NCBI GenBank assembly: GCA_035084275.1
Contig: CM068755.1
Location: 11,284,001-11,348,000 of the forward strand
Source: Hydrolagus colliei
Taxonomy: Eukaryota
Direction of reading: 5' to 3'
Length of the DNA stretch: 64,000 nt
The position numbers were made by a program, and so were the translations under genes. How positions within the stretch are numbered: position 1 is the stretch's first letter; every line of letters starts with the position of its first letter. The notes below the pieces were generated by a model. It worked only from the letters and a program-made list of their open reading frames with translations. It had not been told where the DNA came from and did not search any database. Below are positions 1-11,981 of the stretch, one piece after another.

Positions 1-315
1 AGCCACTGAGCGGAGGCAACGGACAGCTTGGTACGAAGTTAGGAGGTCACAGAAGTAGATTGGAGCAAGGTCATGGAGGGCTTTAAAGGTGAGGACTAGG
101 ATCTCGAATTGAATCCTCTGAATGATGGGGAGCCAATGAAGGCAGGCAAGAATTGGGAACATGAGGACACAGAGCTTGGTGCGGGAGAGGACACGGGCTG
201 TAGAGTTCTGGATGATCAGCAGCCTATGGAGGGATAAGTTGGGAAGGCCGACAAGCAGGGCATTGGTATAGTCAAGCCTGGACATGATGAAGGCACGAAT
301 GAGAGTTTCGGCAGC
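1..315 (-). mobile_element. L2 LINE ORF2 C-terminal fragment (runs off window edge)
   Basis: Minus strand translates as AAETLIRAFIMSRLDYTNALLVGLPNLSLHRLLIIQNSTARVLSRT, homologous to the C-terminal part of the L2 ORF at 7721-9352. Confidence 0.85.
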
Positions 316-3300
316 TAATGTGAATTATGTTCTTTTTTTGAGGGTCTCTGAAACTATTACTTTCCTGCTCGTTTTGGGGCTGTTTACCTTACCTAACCAA
401 TTCCATTATTAACCCTCACCTCCAAGCATCCATCCAGTAACTTGTCCCCCTTAGTGTCTTGTCTCTCTCAAGGGGGAGTTTCAGCTATCTACTTTTCAAC
501 TAGTGCTGTGATAAATCATTGCTAATGTGTAGCAGAGCAAGTTCAAAGCTTGCCCATATGCAAAGGAAATCTGTCGCTCAGTGAAGTGAAAAGCACTTAG
601 GAAGTTATGTTTCAATCTGGAGAGGTGCTTCTTGTAATCGAGATAAGAACTTAAGAATTTACAAATAACACAGCAATCTAGATTTTCATATCCTCGCCTC
701 AGCTGTTAGCAAACCCTGAATCAAAATGAGTAGGTCAGTTGAGTCTTTTCAGAAAAACAGGTTTCGTGAAAAAAGTGCTTTTATCTTGAATAAGGCTCTA
801 TTGTATTAGTTCTGGACCTTTCACTAATGGAAATAATTTAAGAAAGAAAAAAGGAATGAGAATCAGTTCAGTTCCCTATTGAGAGCCTAACCATTATACT
901 GTCATCACCATCAATGAGTGGCTGAGAGTGAAACCTTATTTACAATTTGATACCTTTTTTCTGCATGCCCACAACTAAATGAATGCATTCTCAAATCCAA
1001 TTTTTACAAACTAGGTATTGATAATGACGTCCCACCGGCCAAATTGTATGTCAGATACAATTGTATGCTCAGTCATTGAGTTGAAACCAGGAGGTAGGTC
1101 ATGGATGAACATGGATGGCTGGTTTAAGGATAGCCAAAAACTGAAGTTTGACCTGATTGCCACAGGGGCAAAATTACCAAAAATGTTGCAGGTTTCCTTA
1201 GAGAAATTAAATAAGATGCATACAGACTGTGATAGGTTCACTTGTAAAAAGCTAGCGGGAGAAATAATTCAAATGAATCTTTCTTGCTCCTGATTTCTTA
1301 CATTCCTAAGAATAGGCAAGTATGAATGTAGGAGTATGTTGTCATTGTGAAAGCTCAGTAGACATCATGTTCTGAAATTGTGTAGTTTCTCAACCCTGGC
1401 AGCTCTTACTTTGTCATCTGGCATTCAGAAATTCACAAGTACGGTGAATCTTAAGCCGCACAAGTACAATTTTTTTTTACTCACTGGAGACATTGTATTA
1501 TTTCTAGCCAGTGAATTCCTTTCAACTTAAATGGGCTTTGCTTCTAAACTACGAGATTGATTTATCGAGATTAGTGTTCAGTGGTTAGATTCAGTCAAGG
1601 TTTTACATATCCATGCATCTGAACAGTCTTCAGCTGAAATGTTCTGGGAGAAAGTTAGAATCCCACCATCATCCAAAAAATCACCCTGTCCTCATGGGCT
1701 GTCCATTAATCTTTCTTTAAATATAAAAGTATAAACATTACTGTATATTTTAACCATGAGCAGGCACAATGCAAGGCAAACAATCCATTCAGTTGGCATT
1801 TTTGCCACAGAATAATGTAAAACCATTTAAGAGCGATCTGCCCGATTGAACATGAGTGTTTAGGTGACCCATTCAAACTGTAGAGTGTTTGTGCACAATT
1901 GTTCTACATTGTAAGTAAAACAAGGAATATTTTATTAATTACACGTTTGCTTTGGGGAAGGGGAGGGGGTGTGGTGGTGGAGGAGAGAGTCATCACCTTT
2001 AATCTAGGGTTGAATCAATTCCATATATGTATGGCTTTCAGTTACAAAGACAAAAATATAGTTCATTGTAGGTAAATGATTAAAGGCATTTTGCACAATC
2101 CTGCACAAAAGCACTACAAAGCAACGCACCAGTCTATTATTAAAGCCACACGTTATTGCAAACTGTGTGGACCTGATAACCCAACTTGTTACATAATATC
2201 ACGTCTAGTTTCTAATTGTCTAAATTAATGTAATTTAAACTAATCTAATAGGCAGGAAATTGTAATGCCTCCGTTTAATACAGTCAAAGTACTGACAACC
2301 AACCAGCACACAGTTGCTTAATTAATAACAATCCTTTCATTGTCTGAGATCTGGTTTTATAAATACTGCAGTTGCAGCCAGGGGAGGGAAATAAAGAGGT
2401 AAAACACAGTGCAGTCAACATCAGGAAATCACATTAGAAAGTGTAAAACCTGATGAAGATTGACCAGGAAACAAACAGCAAATTTAACTTTTTATCTGAC
2501 ATGAATGTTTCACTGAAACTTGACAGAGGAACGTCTTGAGCTTATTCACAGGATTGATGCCACTGCTTTGCAGCTCAATATATTTGAGGCACACACTGGC
2601 TGGCAGACAACACGTGAAGATGCAGTTGATTTTCTCAATATATAATAATATAATAATATATATTATTATATTATTCTCTCAATTTTCATTCTCAATCTCA
2701 GCTGAGCATCAGGGCGAGGCACTGAATAAAGGTGATGCACTTTTCAAACCCTCTTCAAGAGTGTTCCAGGTCACCTTCGAGGCCAGCATTGGGTGCCTGA
2801 TGTGTGGTTTGCTAACATAAAAATACACTTGGCATATTGTGTGGAATGCATTGGAAATTAAAATAAAAATTTAAAAAATCAGCCTTATTCCATTTACAAC
2901 AGAAGATAACAGTTATTGATAAATTAGCTGAGATGCCTGGTATATAGAAAGTGAGGGGAAAAAATCAGATCAATGCAGCAGGGATTTCCACTGAAATTGT
3001 TGGATGAAGCTTGATCATCAAAAATATTTAAGCGATAACCAAAGCCGAATTGCATGTTTTTCAAAATGCAAAAGTCTGCAAAATAAAATAGGCAAATTGT
3101 CTTCTTGACTGTTAATAAAAACTTGATTTACACAGCTGGTGAAACACGGCTGCACTCGGCTCGCTTAGGTTTTACATTGGAAGGCTTTCGCAAAACATTT
3201 AGCGGCAACTCTGAAGAGCTACAGATCTGCGAGAATTTATTATTATTTGAAGAGAAATGTCAGTAAAGGTACAAAGGAATAAATTGGCCTTCAGTGAGCT

Positions 3301-3744
3301 CACACTTTATCAGTATCTAATGTTTGAATCTGGCTTCCTCCTACAGTAATTCATTTCAGTTGACTAATTAAGTCGACTGCTAATGAGAAAGGTTTATGAG
3401 TTGTTTATCAGGAAAAGCCAAGAAAAATACAGAAGTATGAAAACTCCCATCATTTATCTCTTTTTCTTTGTGCAAGGCATTTTGCAAAGTTCCTATAGTC
3501 TTGGCAGTATTATAGATACCTCAGTATAGATACATTTATAGTGGAGGTAAAGCAGAATATACAGCACAAATTAAAACTGATTCCTGTATGTTCCTCATAT
3601 GACTACTTAGCTTCAGCAATAAATTGGTCCAAATAGCTAACATGGGCTAAAAATGGGTACTAAAAAATCAGTACAGGGATACCATTTAGGGATTAGGGGG
3701 AATCCAAGAAAGGCATCAGGCCCATTTGCAGCCAATCAGTTTTG

Positions 3745-3830
3745 TATATACTGTACAGTACTTTGCAGTTTATTCTGTGAAACACTTTGAGATGTCTCGA
3801 TGATGCGATAAGGCCCTACTTCAAATGTAA
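3745..3830 (+). mobile_element. Degenerate SINE 3' tail (L2-type stem-loop)
   Basis: tattctgtgaaacactttgagatgtctcgatgatgcgataaggccctacttcaaatgtaa resembles the 3' end of the tRNA-SINE copies in this window. Confidence 0.55.
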
Positions 3831-5837
3831 ACCTGCAGTCACGTGTCCACGTGTTGAGTACTTTTAATAAAATATTCATTAAAGTGACAATATTGCCTGG
3901 TACCACACCCTGTATCTAACCTTCTCCGTGCAAGCAATAAAACCCTCCAGCATATCCAACCTTGATCTCCTACCTTCCATTTCCCCCATCCTGAAGCTAC
4001 ACAGAAATCATTTTGTCCCATGTAATACAAGTTCATCTTGTTCCTCTAACTCCCCCAAACTATTTGACAACAAATATTTACTCTTTTTATTAAGGGGTTT
4101 CAGCAACAATAGCACCAAGCATTTTTGGTGTGTTTGTTTCACGGATCAACTTCATGAGAAACAATCTACTTTTATTTCAGGCTTGTTAAACTCAAATCTT
4201 ATGATTGCGCCCATATTAGTCCAAGTAAAATCATCAGTTTGCACCCAAATCAGTTGTTTCTCTCCACATTTTAAAAGATCTGGATCATGTCAATCCCAAC
4301 CCCCATCCTTTATCTCTCTAATTGAAATACTGCTCAGCAAATCTCTCTTTCACTTAAGTCTTTCTTTCACTTAAAGCTTTGAGTTCCTGAACAATCTTGG
4401 TCCCTTTCCTCCTACCCACCACCCCCCAAAGCATACCTTTTTGAAGAAGGAACTTCGACCTCTGAGCCAAAGTTTGAATCAAACGCAGGTTGATAGGATT
4501 AACATTTCCTTTCACTGGCAGCATTAAATGTCAAAGGTGAAACCACTTGGGCCATTTTCAACCCAGTTCCTCATTGCCAGAGACTGCAATGATGATTACA
4601 GTTCAGTACAACCTGGCAGCTTCTCTCCCAGATAGAGATGAATAATGTGGGGTGGGGAATAGAAGGATGCTCTCTGTTTTTTCCCCTTGTTGACATGCAA
4701 TGAAAAGATTGCTGGTAATAGCAACAATAGTGTAATTTATTGGCAGTTAAGGAGGACCTTTACCCTTTATTGTCTGACCTGGGAGATCCTGACACAGTGC
4801 AAAAAGTAGAGGGAAACATATTTCTTAGTTGTCAAATGCCTCATTTGATGCTCCTTCCCCATGCATTAATGTTTCAGTCTCTGCAGGTATTTAAAATGAT
4901 GCTTCTGACAGCTCAGAACAAACCCTCTCTCGAGTTACTGTTTTACGTCTCACCTACCAAAAGTAGAAAATTATTCTTTTGTTCGGCAGTAAATCACATA
5001 TGCTGGGCCATAATTAATGGCTGTCTCACAGCACATTTCATCACCACCTAACTGTCACCAACTGCTGAATCTGATGTATTCTTATGGCCTTCCTCCACTT
5101 ATTTTCAGGTATTAATAATGATCATGAAGCTCTAGAGCAGTTACATTATCCTTGAATCTGTAAATCAGTAAATCGAAAGGTGTGGTAATCCTTTCACAGG
5201 CACGGGAAAGCTGCTTTGAAAAAAATTAAAAGAAGCTGAAAAAAAACGTTGCATTCTTCAACACACGACTGGGCTGTCTTCACCGGTTCACTTTGCTGCC
5301 CCAAATTGTCAAACTTTCTAAAGATGGCATTCCGTTAATCCCACGCATTCAATTGAATTAACCAAGGTTGTTTGGAAGTACACCAAGATTCCTGCATGTG
5401 GAGGTAATTGTGATTTCCATTAGTTAATGTATTAGATCCTGTATTTGCAGCAAATGCAAAGACGATATTATTCAACCTCAGCAATAGGAACCCAGGAAGA
5501 TATTTGCTATGTCTTCCAATGGGATAAGGGTAGACCATTCTGTCCATTGAGATTGTTCCTTAAAATTTTCTTATTTTGTGGTTAACATTACTTTGTTCTT
5601 GATACGAGTGAGCCTTCGGTGCTATTGATAGCGACATGTCCCACGTCCCAGCATTTCAGAGCTAGTTCAGAGAATGCTGCCGATGAAGTCAATTTTAAAG
5701 TTTAAACTCTTAAGCCTTTCTCACAAACTTAGTACAGTAAATGACTTTCTCAGAGGGTTCTTTAAGGTGAGGATGTTTTACCGAGTGTCAGCTGTAATTC
5801 AACTGACCAGCGTGGAGTCCTCAAAGCCTGTAAAGTC

Positions 5838-6020
5838 AAAATATCTCAAAGTGCTCTGCTGGCATTAGGCGGAAATTGCTGCCAAATTATTGCATGTTTG
5901 TAGGCAGGTGCAGCAGCCAATTTGTGCACAACAATGTCCCACATATGACATGAACGATCAATTTATCCGGTGGATGGATGGCCAGGACATCGGGAGAAAC
6001 TGCCTTTTCTTTTCAAATAA
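5838..6020 (-). mobile_element. Degenerate Deu-type SINE fragment (SacSINE1/AmnSINE-like)
   Basis: gcagccaatttgtgcacaacaatgtcccaca...tggccaggacatcgggagaaactgccttttcttttcaaata resembles the copy at 16830-17153 and the Deu-SINE consensus as I recall it. Confidence 0.6.
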
Positions 6021-6930
6021 CCTTGTGAACAACAGCACAAATGGCTTGACCGCTCACCTACTCACGAAACGTAACTTGATTTATTCGTGGAAAGCTTAGG
6101 ATTTTAACCCCTCAATGTACAGAGGTCATGTTCTCAGATGGATGGATGATATTCTCTTCAAACAAAAGTATGCAATGACAATCAATGCCACATAGATCAC
6201 ATCATATTACACATCAACAACAATCCTATCTCCAGGGACATGGGGATTGAGGGGGAGCGGTGGGGAGATGATTACTTGCTGGTTGATAATGGGTGGGGAT
6301 GAAGTATTTTGCTTATGTGCATGGGGGAGGGGGGAAAAACCCATTATCACATCAGGATCACCTGTGGAGACTTGTAGACAATCTCCCTCCACTCTGTGCT
6401 TGGGAACAATGAACCAGTTGAGCACAGTCTGACCCAGACAGCGCATGTTAGCTGTTAAATAACAACTTGCTGTTTGGATCAAAGACTCAATGGTACAGTA
6501 CAATGGGAATTACTGTAGTTCTAATATTTACATTCAGCAAACAGCAACACAATTCCCCCATTTTAAAGGAAGAACACTCAAGTCCTTGATCAAATTTTTC
6601 CCTCTCTCCCCAGGGACCTGCTTGTGTTGAAGTGCTTTACTTAAAGTGACAGTCTACAAAATCGCATCAACTTAACCCTAATGTCCTTTTAAACTATAGT
6701 CAAAGCCGCAAAACTGCAATGACAGTAAAACTGAGCCACACCGGTACTTGGGTCAGTCCCCAATCTGTCCTGAGTTATCAACATCACAATTGATCAGATT
6801 CTCGACTTCACATTTTCTCCAGTAAAACACTGTACTCTTTGGGTTTGGTTGTGGTAAGTTCCAATGGTCAAGTAGCCTGCAGATAGTGACTGCCTGAGCT
6901 CACACATGCTGGACTGCAACTTGGGCATTG

Positions 6931-7207
6931 TAATAATAATAATAATAATAAAGCTTGCATTTGATATAGCACTATTCACATCTTATCAACATCTCAAAGC
7001 GCTTCAAAGAATATACTGTAAAGTGAATTGACTGTATATTTGTGGGCGAAACGCGGCAGCCAATCGCACACAGCAGAGTCCCACAAACAGTCGTGGATTG
7101 AAATAACCAAGTTATATTTACATTTATAATTTTATTATTATTAGTATATTATTGTGGGGGGTTTTTTGGACGTGTGTTGTGTGGAGTAAGGAAACGTGTA
7201 CCCAGAA
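6931..7207 (-). mobile_element. tRNA-derived SINE with L2-type tail, 5' head missing
   Basis: (TAA)n tail at 6931-6950, then the reverse complement of the SINE body (…cccacaaatatacagtcaattcactttacagtatattc…) shared with 25134-25443 and 36688-36997. Confidence 0.9.
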
Positions 7208-7690
7208 ATTGGTTGGCACAGCAACACAAACCAGCTTATTTTGTAGAGTAGGGGATGGAATTGAACGGAGAGGGGGAAACCCCATAAGGAAAACCTAATT
7301 GCATTGGCTCAAAAGGCCTTTTGAAGGCGAATTCATCTGACATTTGAGTACCCAGCATTGCAAGCTTGGCATTAGCATATCGTTGAATGAAACCACTTCA
7401 AACCTTGATGCATTTTACATGACAAAACCCCTCAGGGTATATTCACCCACAGAGCTCTGAGACCAACACATGAGACCAAATTTCAACACACATGACCATA
7501 AATGTCTCAAACGTTTAACTCAAAAAGCGCAAAAAAAGGCATTCAACTGTTCCTTCATCTTTGCTCAGTGATCAGAATCACACCAACTCAGAACTCCTTT
7601 GTTTCATTTACAGTACGTTTAACTTGTACATGTAGCACATCTAAGCTTTGCATTGTGCCTTTAAAAGAAACGGTTCTTAAAAGATTACAA

Positions 7691-9470
7691 CAACAACAAT
7701 TTACATTTATAGAGCGCCTTTCACGTCGGGAGGACGTCCCAAGGCGCTGAACAGGAGGCGTGTGACCCGAGCTGGGAGGGGAGTGTTTGGGAAGGGGTGA
7801 AACACGAAGGGGAGGTAAAAGAGTTTTGGGTGGAACTAACGGCACGATCGAAGAGGAAAGTCTTCAAACCGGCCTTGAAAGAGGAAAGGGAAGAGACGAA
7901 ACGGAGGGATTGAGGGATGGCATTCCATAAGGTGGGAGTGGAGAAACTGAAGGCCCGGCCTCCGATGGTGGGGCGGTTCGGGTGGGGGACTTGGAGCAGG
8001 CCAAGTCTTGTTGAACGGAGGGTCCGGGTGGGCGTGTAGGGGGAGAGTAGATTGGTTAAGTAGGATGGGGTAAGGCCGTGTAAGGCCTTGTAGGTGAGGA
8101 CGAGGATCTTAAACTCGATCCTCTGGAGGATGGGGAGCCAGTGGAGACGGGCGAGGGTGGGGGTTATGTGGTCGCGGAGGCGGGTGCGGGATAGTACACG
8201 GGCTGCAGAGTTTTGGATGGCCTGCAGCCTATGAATGGAGGAACTGGGGAGGCCGACTAGGAGAGAATTTCCGTAGTCCAGCCGTGAGGTGATGTATGCA
8301 TGCACAAGTGTTTTGGCAGCGCGGGGGGTAAGATAATTACGGAGCCTGGCAATGTTGCGCAGATGGAAATAGGCGTTGCCGGTCAAGGCGCGGATGTGGG
8401 GGAGGAAGGAGAGTTTTTGATCGAACATGATGCCGAGGTTCCTGATTGGCTTTGTGAGGTGGAGAGTGCAACCTTGGATATTGAGGCTGGCAGCACCCGA
8501 TGTGCGGAGGCGCTGGCTTGAGCCAATCAGGAGGGCCTCGGTCTTATTCACGTTCAATTGCAAAAAGTTGTCCCTCGTCCACGACTCGATGTCGGACAGA
8601 CATGCTGTCAGAACATCGATCGTCTGGGGGTTGAGGGATGAGGCAGAAAGGTACAACTGGGTGTCATCCGCATACATGTGGAAATTTACCCCATGTCTGC
8701 GGATGACGTCACCCAGAGGGAGCGTGTAAAGGGTGAAAAGGAGGGGACCGAGGACAGAGCCCTGAGGGACGCCGTGGGAAACTGTGCGGGGGTTTGAAGA
8801 AAAACCATTGGAAGAAACAAAATGTAAACGGTGGGTCAAATAAGAATGGAACCAGTCAAGGACTGTGCCTTGAAGGTTGAGGTGGGAGGAAAGACGTTGA
8901 AGGAGGATGGTGTGATCGACTGTGTCGAACGCAGCAGACAGGTCAAGGAGGACGAGGAGGCAGAGGGAGCCCTGGTCACAGGCGGTTAGGATGTCATTTG
9001 TGACCTTAACCAGGGCAGTTTTTGTGCTGTGGATAGGGCGGAAACCTGATTGGAGGGGTTCAAGAAGTGAGTGATTTGAAAGGAAAGAGCGGAGCTGGGA
9101 GGCAACCACTCTTTCAAGGACCTTGGATAGAAACGGGAGGTTGGAGATGGGTCGATAACTTGATGGTTGCGACGAATCAAGGGAGGGTTTCTTCAGGATA
9201 GGGGTGATGGTGGCTGTTTTAAGGGAGGTAGGGACGGTGCCTGAGGAGAGGGAAAGGTTAATGGTGTCAGAAATGAGCGGGGCTAACAAATGGAGCTGGG
9301 TGCGGAGGAGGGGGGTGGGGATGGGGTCCAATGAGCACGTGGTGGGTTTCATGGAGGTGATTGTTTTTGTGACTGAAAGCGGGGTGGTGGGGTTGAAAGT
9401 GTGAAATGGGGGGTGAGTAGGGGTTGAGGTAACTGATGAGGGCGCGGAGGTGGAGGAGTGGTGGGGGGAG
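7691..9470 (-). mobile_element. Young 5'-truncated L2-clade LINE (RT and C-terminal region, 3' stem-loop, (GTT)n tail)
   Basis: Uninterrupted reading frame with RT motifs; 3' hairpin at 7713-7748 followed on the minus strand by TATAAATGTAAATTGTTGTTG; GC-rich body contrasts with AT-rich flanks; candidate TSD aaa(g/a)attacaa at 7680-7690 and 9471-9481. Confidence 0.95.
7721..9352 (-). CDS. L2 LINE ORF2 reverse transcriptase, partial (endonuclease domain lost by 5' truncation)
   Basis: 543-aa ORF with YRPISNLPFLSKVLE, QSGFR..HST, LDLSAAFDTVDH, GVPQGSVLGPLLF, YADDTQLY, LNVNKTE, RLDYGNSLL and HITPTLARLHWLP. The frame stays open upstream to about 9470, so the listed ATG is internal. Confidence 0.9.
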   Translation of the reverse strand: MKPTTCSLDPIPTPLLRTQLHLLAPLISDTINLSLSSGTVPTSLKTATITPILKKPSLDSSQPSSYRPISNLPFLSKVLERVVASQLRSFLSNHSLLEPLQSGFRPIHSTKTALVKVTNDILTACDQGSLCLLVLLDLSAAFDTVDHTILLQRLSSHLNLQGTVLDWFHSYLTHRLHFVSSNGFSSNPRTVSHGVPQGSVLGPLLFTLYTLPLGDVIRRHGVNFHMYADDTQLYLSASSLNPQTIDVLTACLSDIESWTRDNFLQLNVNKTEALLIGSSQRLRTSGAASLNIQGCTLHLTKPIRNLGIMFDQKLSFLPHIRALTGNAYFHLRNIARLRNYLTPRAAKTLVHAYITSRLDYGNSLLVGLPSSSIHRLQAIQNSAARVLSRTRLRDHITPTLARLHWLPILQRIEFKILVLTYKALHGLTPSYLTNLLSPYTPTRTLRSTRLGLLQVPHPNRPTIGGRAFSFSTPTLWNAIPQSLRFVSSLSSFKAGLKTFLFDRAVSSTQNSFTSPSCFTPSQTLPSQLGSHASCSAPWDVLPT

Positions 9471-10574
9471 AAAAATTACAATTTTTATTCTTTATTATTT
9501 TCCACTTGGTGCAAAATCTTTTCTGAATAAGTTGGCCTGGGACCAGTCCCCGTGAAGGTTTGTTCCTAAGCAGATGTTGCAGGATGCAGCACTCAGTCAC
9601 TAAATCAAAAGCATTTCATAACAGACCATCCCCTGTTACCAATATGATAATCTCATAAAGCTCCGTCTATAAATTCACTGTTACAATAACTGCTGTAACT
9701 GAAACGCAATGAGTTAGGAAACCACTGTGAACCCATTGTAGATTTTCTGAACTTTGAATGTATTTTGCTTATCTTTGTCTTTTGGATGATATGATGAGCT
9801 TTGTATTTGAATTTGCGCTGTGCATGATTTACTATCAAGTCCAGTGACTGTGATTTTGTAATACAGCAATGTCCTACAAACGGCCGTGAAGTGAATGACC
9901 AATATTATGGGGACTTTTACTGGCTAGGGCACCAGGAGAAATAGCCTCTCTCTTAAATGAATTTAGATCAAGGAGGTATATATTTTGTTCTACATGTTGC
10001 ATCAATCACTTTCGCGGCGATCGTCTTTAGCATACTTGGCAGAGAAATAGAAGTAGACAGCCCGCATCAGTCTGTAGATCTGCCTACATGATCTGTAAAT
10101 AAAAAGAAACACAGTGCTTACCGCTGAGCACAATGTTTTATTCATTTTGTGCTCATCAAGCTGAGTAATGCTAGAAATTGAAAACAGAGCACTTTCCTAT
10201 TTCAGGGATCAGAGTCAGAATTAAGCACCGGTCAAGTGTATCACAATCGAGTGTAAATCAACAGGCCCAACAATCTGCCTGGGCCGCCAGATCTACCGCA
10301 CTAGCGTAGCTTAGGAACCAGATGAGGCATCTCAAGTTTGTTCTGGAAGTTTGTTCGATCATTGGCAGCTTCTTTGATTTCTGTTTGCCAACCTGTTCTT
10401 CACAACCTGTAATACTCTTATTCCCCATTTATTTACCTATCTCCATTTTATCTGAAGTGATTCTGCTTGTACTAAATCGTTTTGTAATCCTTTTGTGCAT
10501 AGAAATGTCCCATTTCCATTCTAGATATGCTTTGGCCTCTACCAGTGAGACTGTCAAAGGGCCATTATGTTAGA

Positions 10575-10653
10575 TTCTGTGCAGCGCTTTGAGGCACCAC
10601 AAAGACGTGATAAGGCGCTATATCAAATGCGACATTATTATTATTATTATTAT
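10575..10653 (+). mobile_element. Short SINE/L2 3' tail with (ATT)n
   Basis: cagcgctttgaggcaccacaaagacgtgataaggcgctatatcaaatgcgac followed by (att)n. Confidence 0.75.
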
Positions 10654-11949
10654 TTCAACAAAATACTGGGTCGAGCCTGTGTAAAATTATTTACATCCAC
10701 AAGATAGAAAATATTTTCAGTCTGAGTCTTCTCAGTCTGATCCTGGTTTGAACACAGACGCTCCACAGGTAACACTACTTCTCAACCTAACAAGGTAGTG
10801 GCGCATGCTGGTATTTAAGCCTGTTCCTTTAATTAATATTATCACTTTAGCAAAATCAGTAAGTGCAATAGCCTGGAGTGATCCTCAGTCAGGAAGTGAA
10901 AAGTCAGCCAAGTTCCAAATTAGTTCCCAATGATTTCTGTTTCAAAGTGGACCTTGTGAATGAAGTGAACACAATCAGGCTTGGTTGTGAACACAATTTT
11001 TCTTTCAACATACAATCAAAATCACAATGTTCAGATAATGTACATAACCACTGAGGCTTCTTTGAAATAATTTACAAAGGCATCTGCTCCCTACTCAACT
11101 GTGCAAGACAGCAGTTCAACTTACCTATTCTATATAGTGATATAGACATAAAATAAATGGTTCCCTTTTTAAATATTTATTTGAATCCTACTGCCAACAA
11201 TTATCTGCACAGCTCCCCCATTCAGTGAAATTTTACTTAGTTAGATTTTGACAAAACAAATAATTGGTGTGAGATGTTTTTCCCCCATACAAATCACACA
11301 GAGGATTCCCAGATAGAATGCAATGGGAAACGAGAGAGGAAACGTCCCACATTCAGTGTGAATTCCACAGAGCTTCGTATGAATTTCCACGGGAAATAAA
11401 ATTTGACCCCTTTCCCTGAATTGTAATCCCAATTGTAAAACATATATTTCATTAATCTAATTAATCTATCTCCATTATTTTTACACAACAATTATTTTGC
11501 ATAAAAGTGTCGGAAGCAAGATATGTTATAAAATTATAATTGCTTTACATTGCATGCGCGATACCCTAAAGTATCTTTAAGAGTTGTATGACTTATGAGT
11601 CTGTTGCTTCTATGATTTGAAAAGATGATGCTTGCTCACATACCATAACATTTCTGCCGAAGTCTCAATTTGTGGTTCTGCTCACTGCTTTCTAAAATAT
11701 ATTTTCTATTAATGCTGTAAAATAAATTGGTTTTATGTATTATGGTCTTAAATCTGAGCACATCAATTTCACTGAACTTACTCTGTAGCTTGCATTGCAA
11801 ACATTAATTTTCAAAATAATTTCCTCAATTATAACACAGATCATTTAAGCTTCAAGTCTTAGCCGCTTTTCAAAGCATTGCTTCAAGATAACATGCATTG
11901 CAAATCACTGTGGCCTCGCATGAGGGGTTAGGGTAGTTGTGGCAGCTTC

Positions 11950-11950
11950 G

Positions 11951-11981
<31 letters not shown>
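11950..11981. repeat. (GA)n microsatellite
   Basis: Direct reading. Confidence 0.9.
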
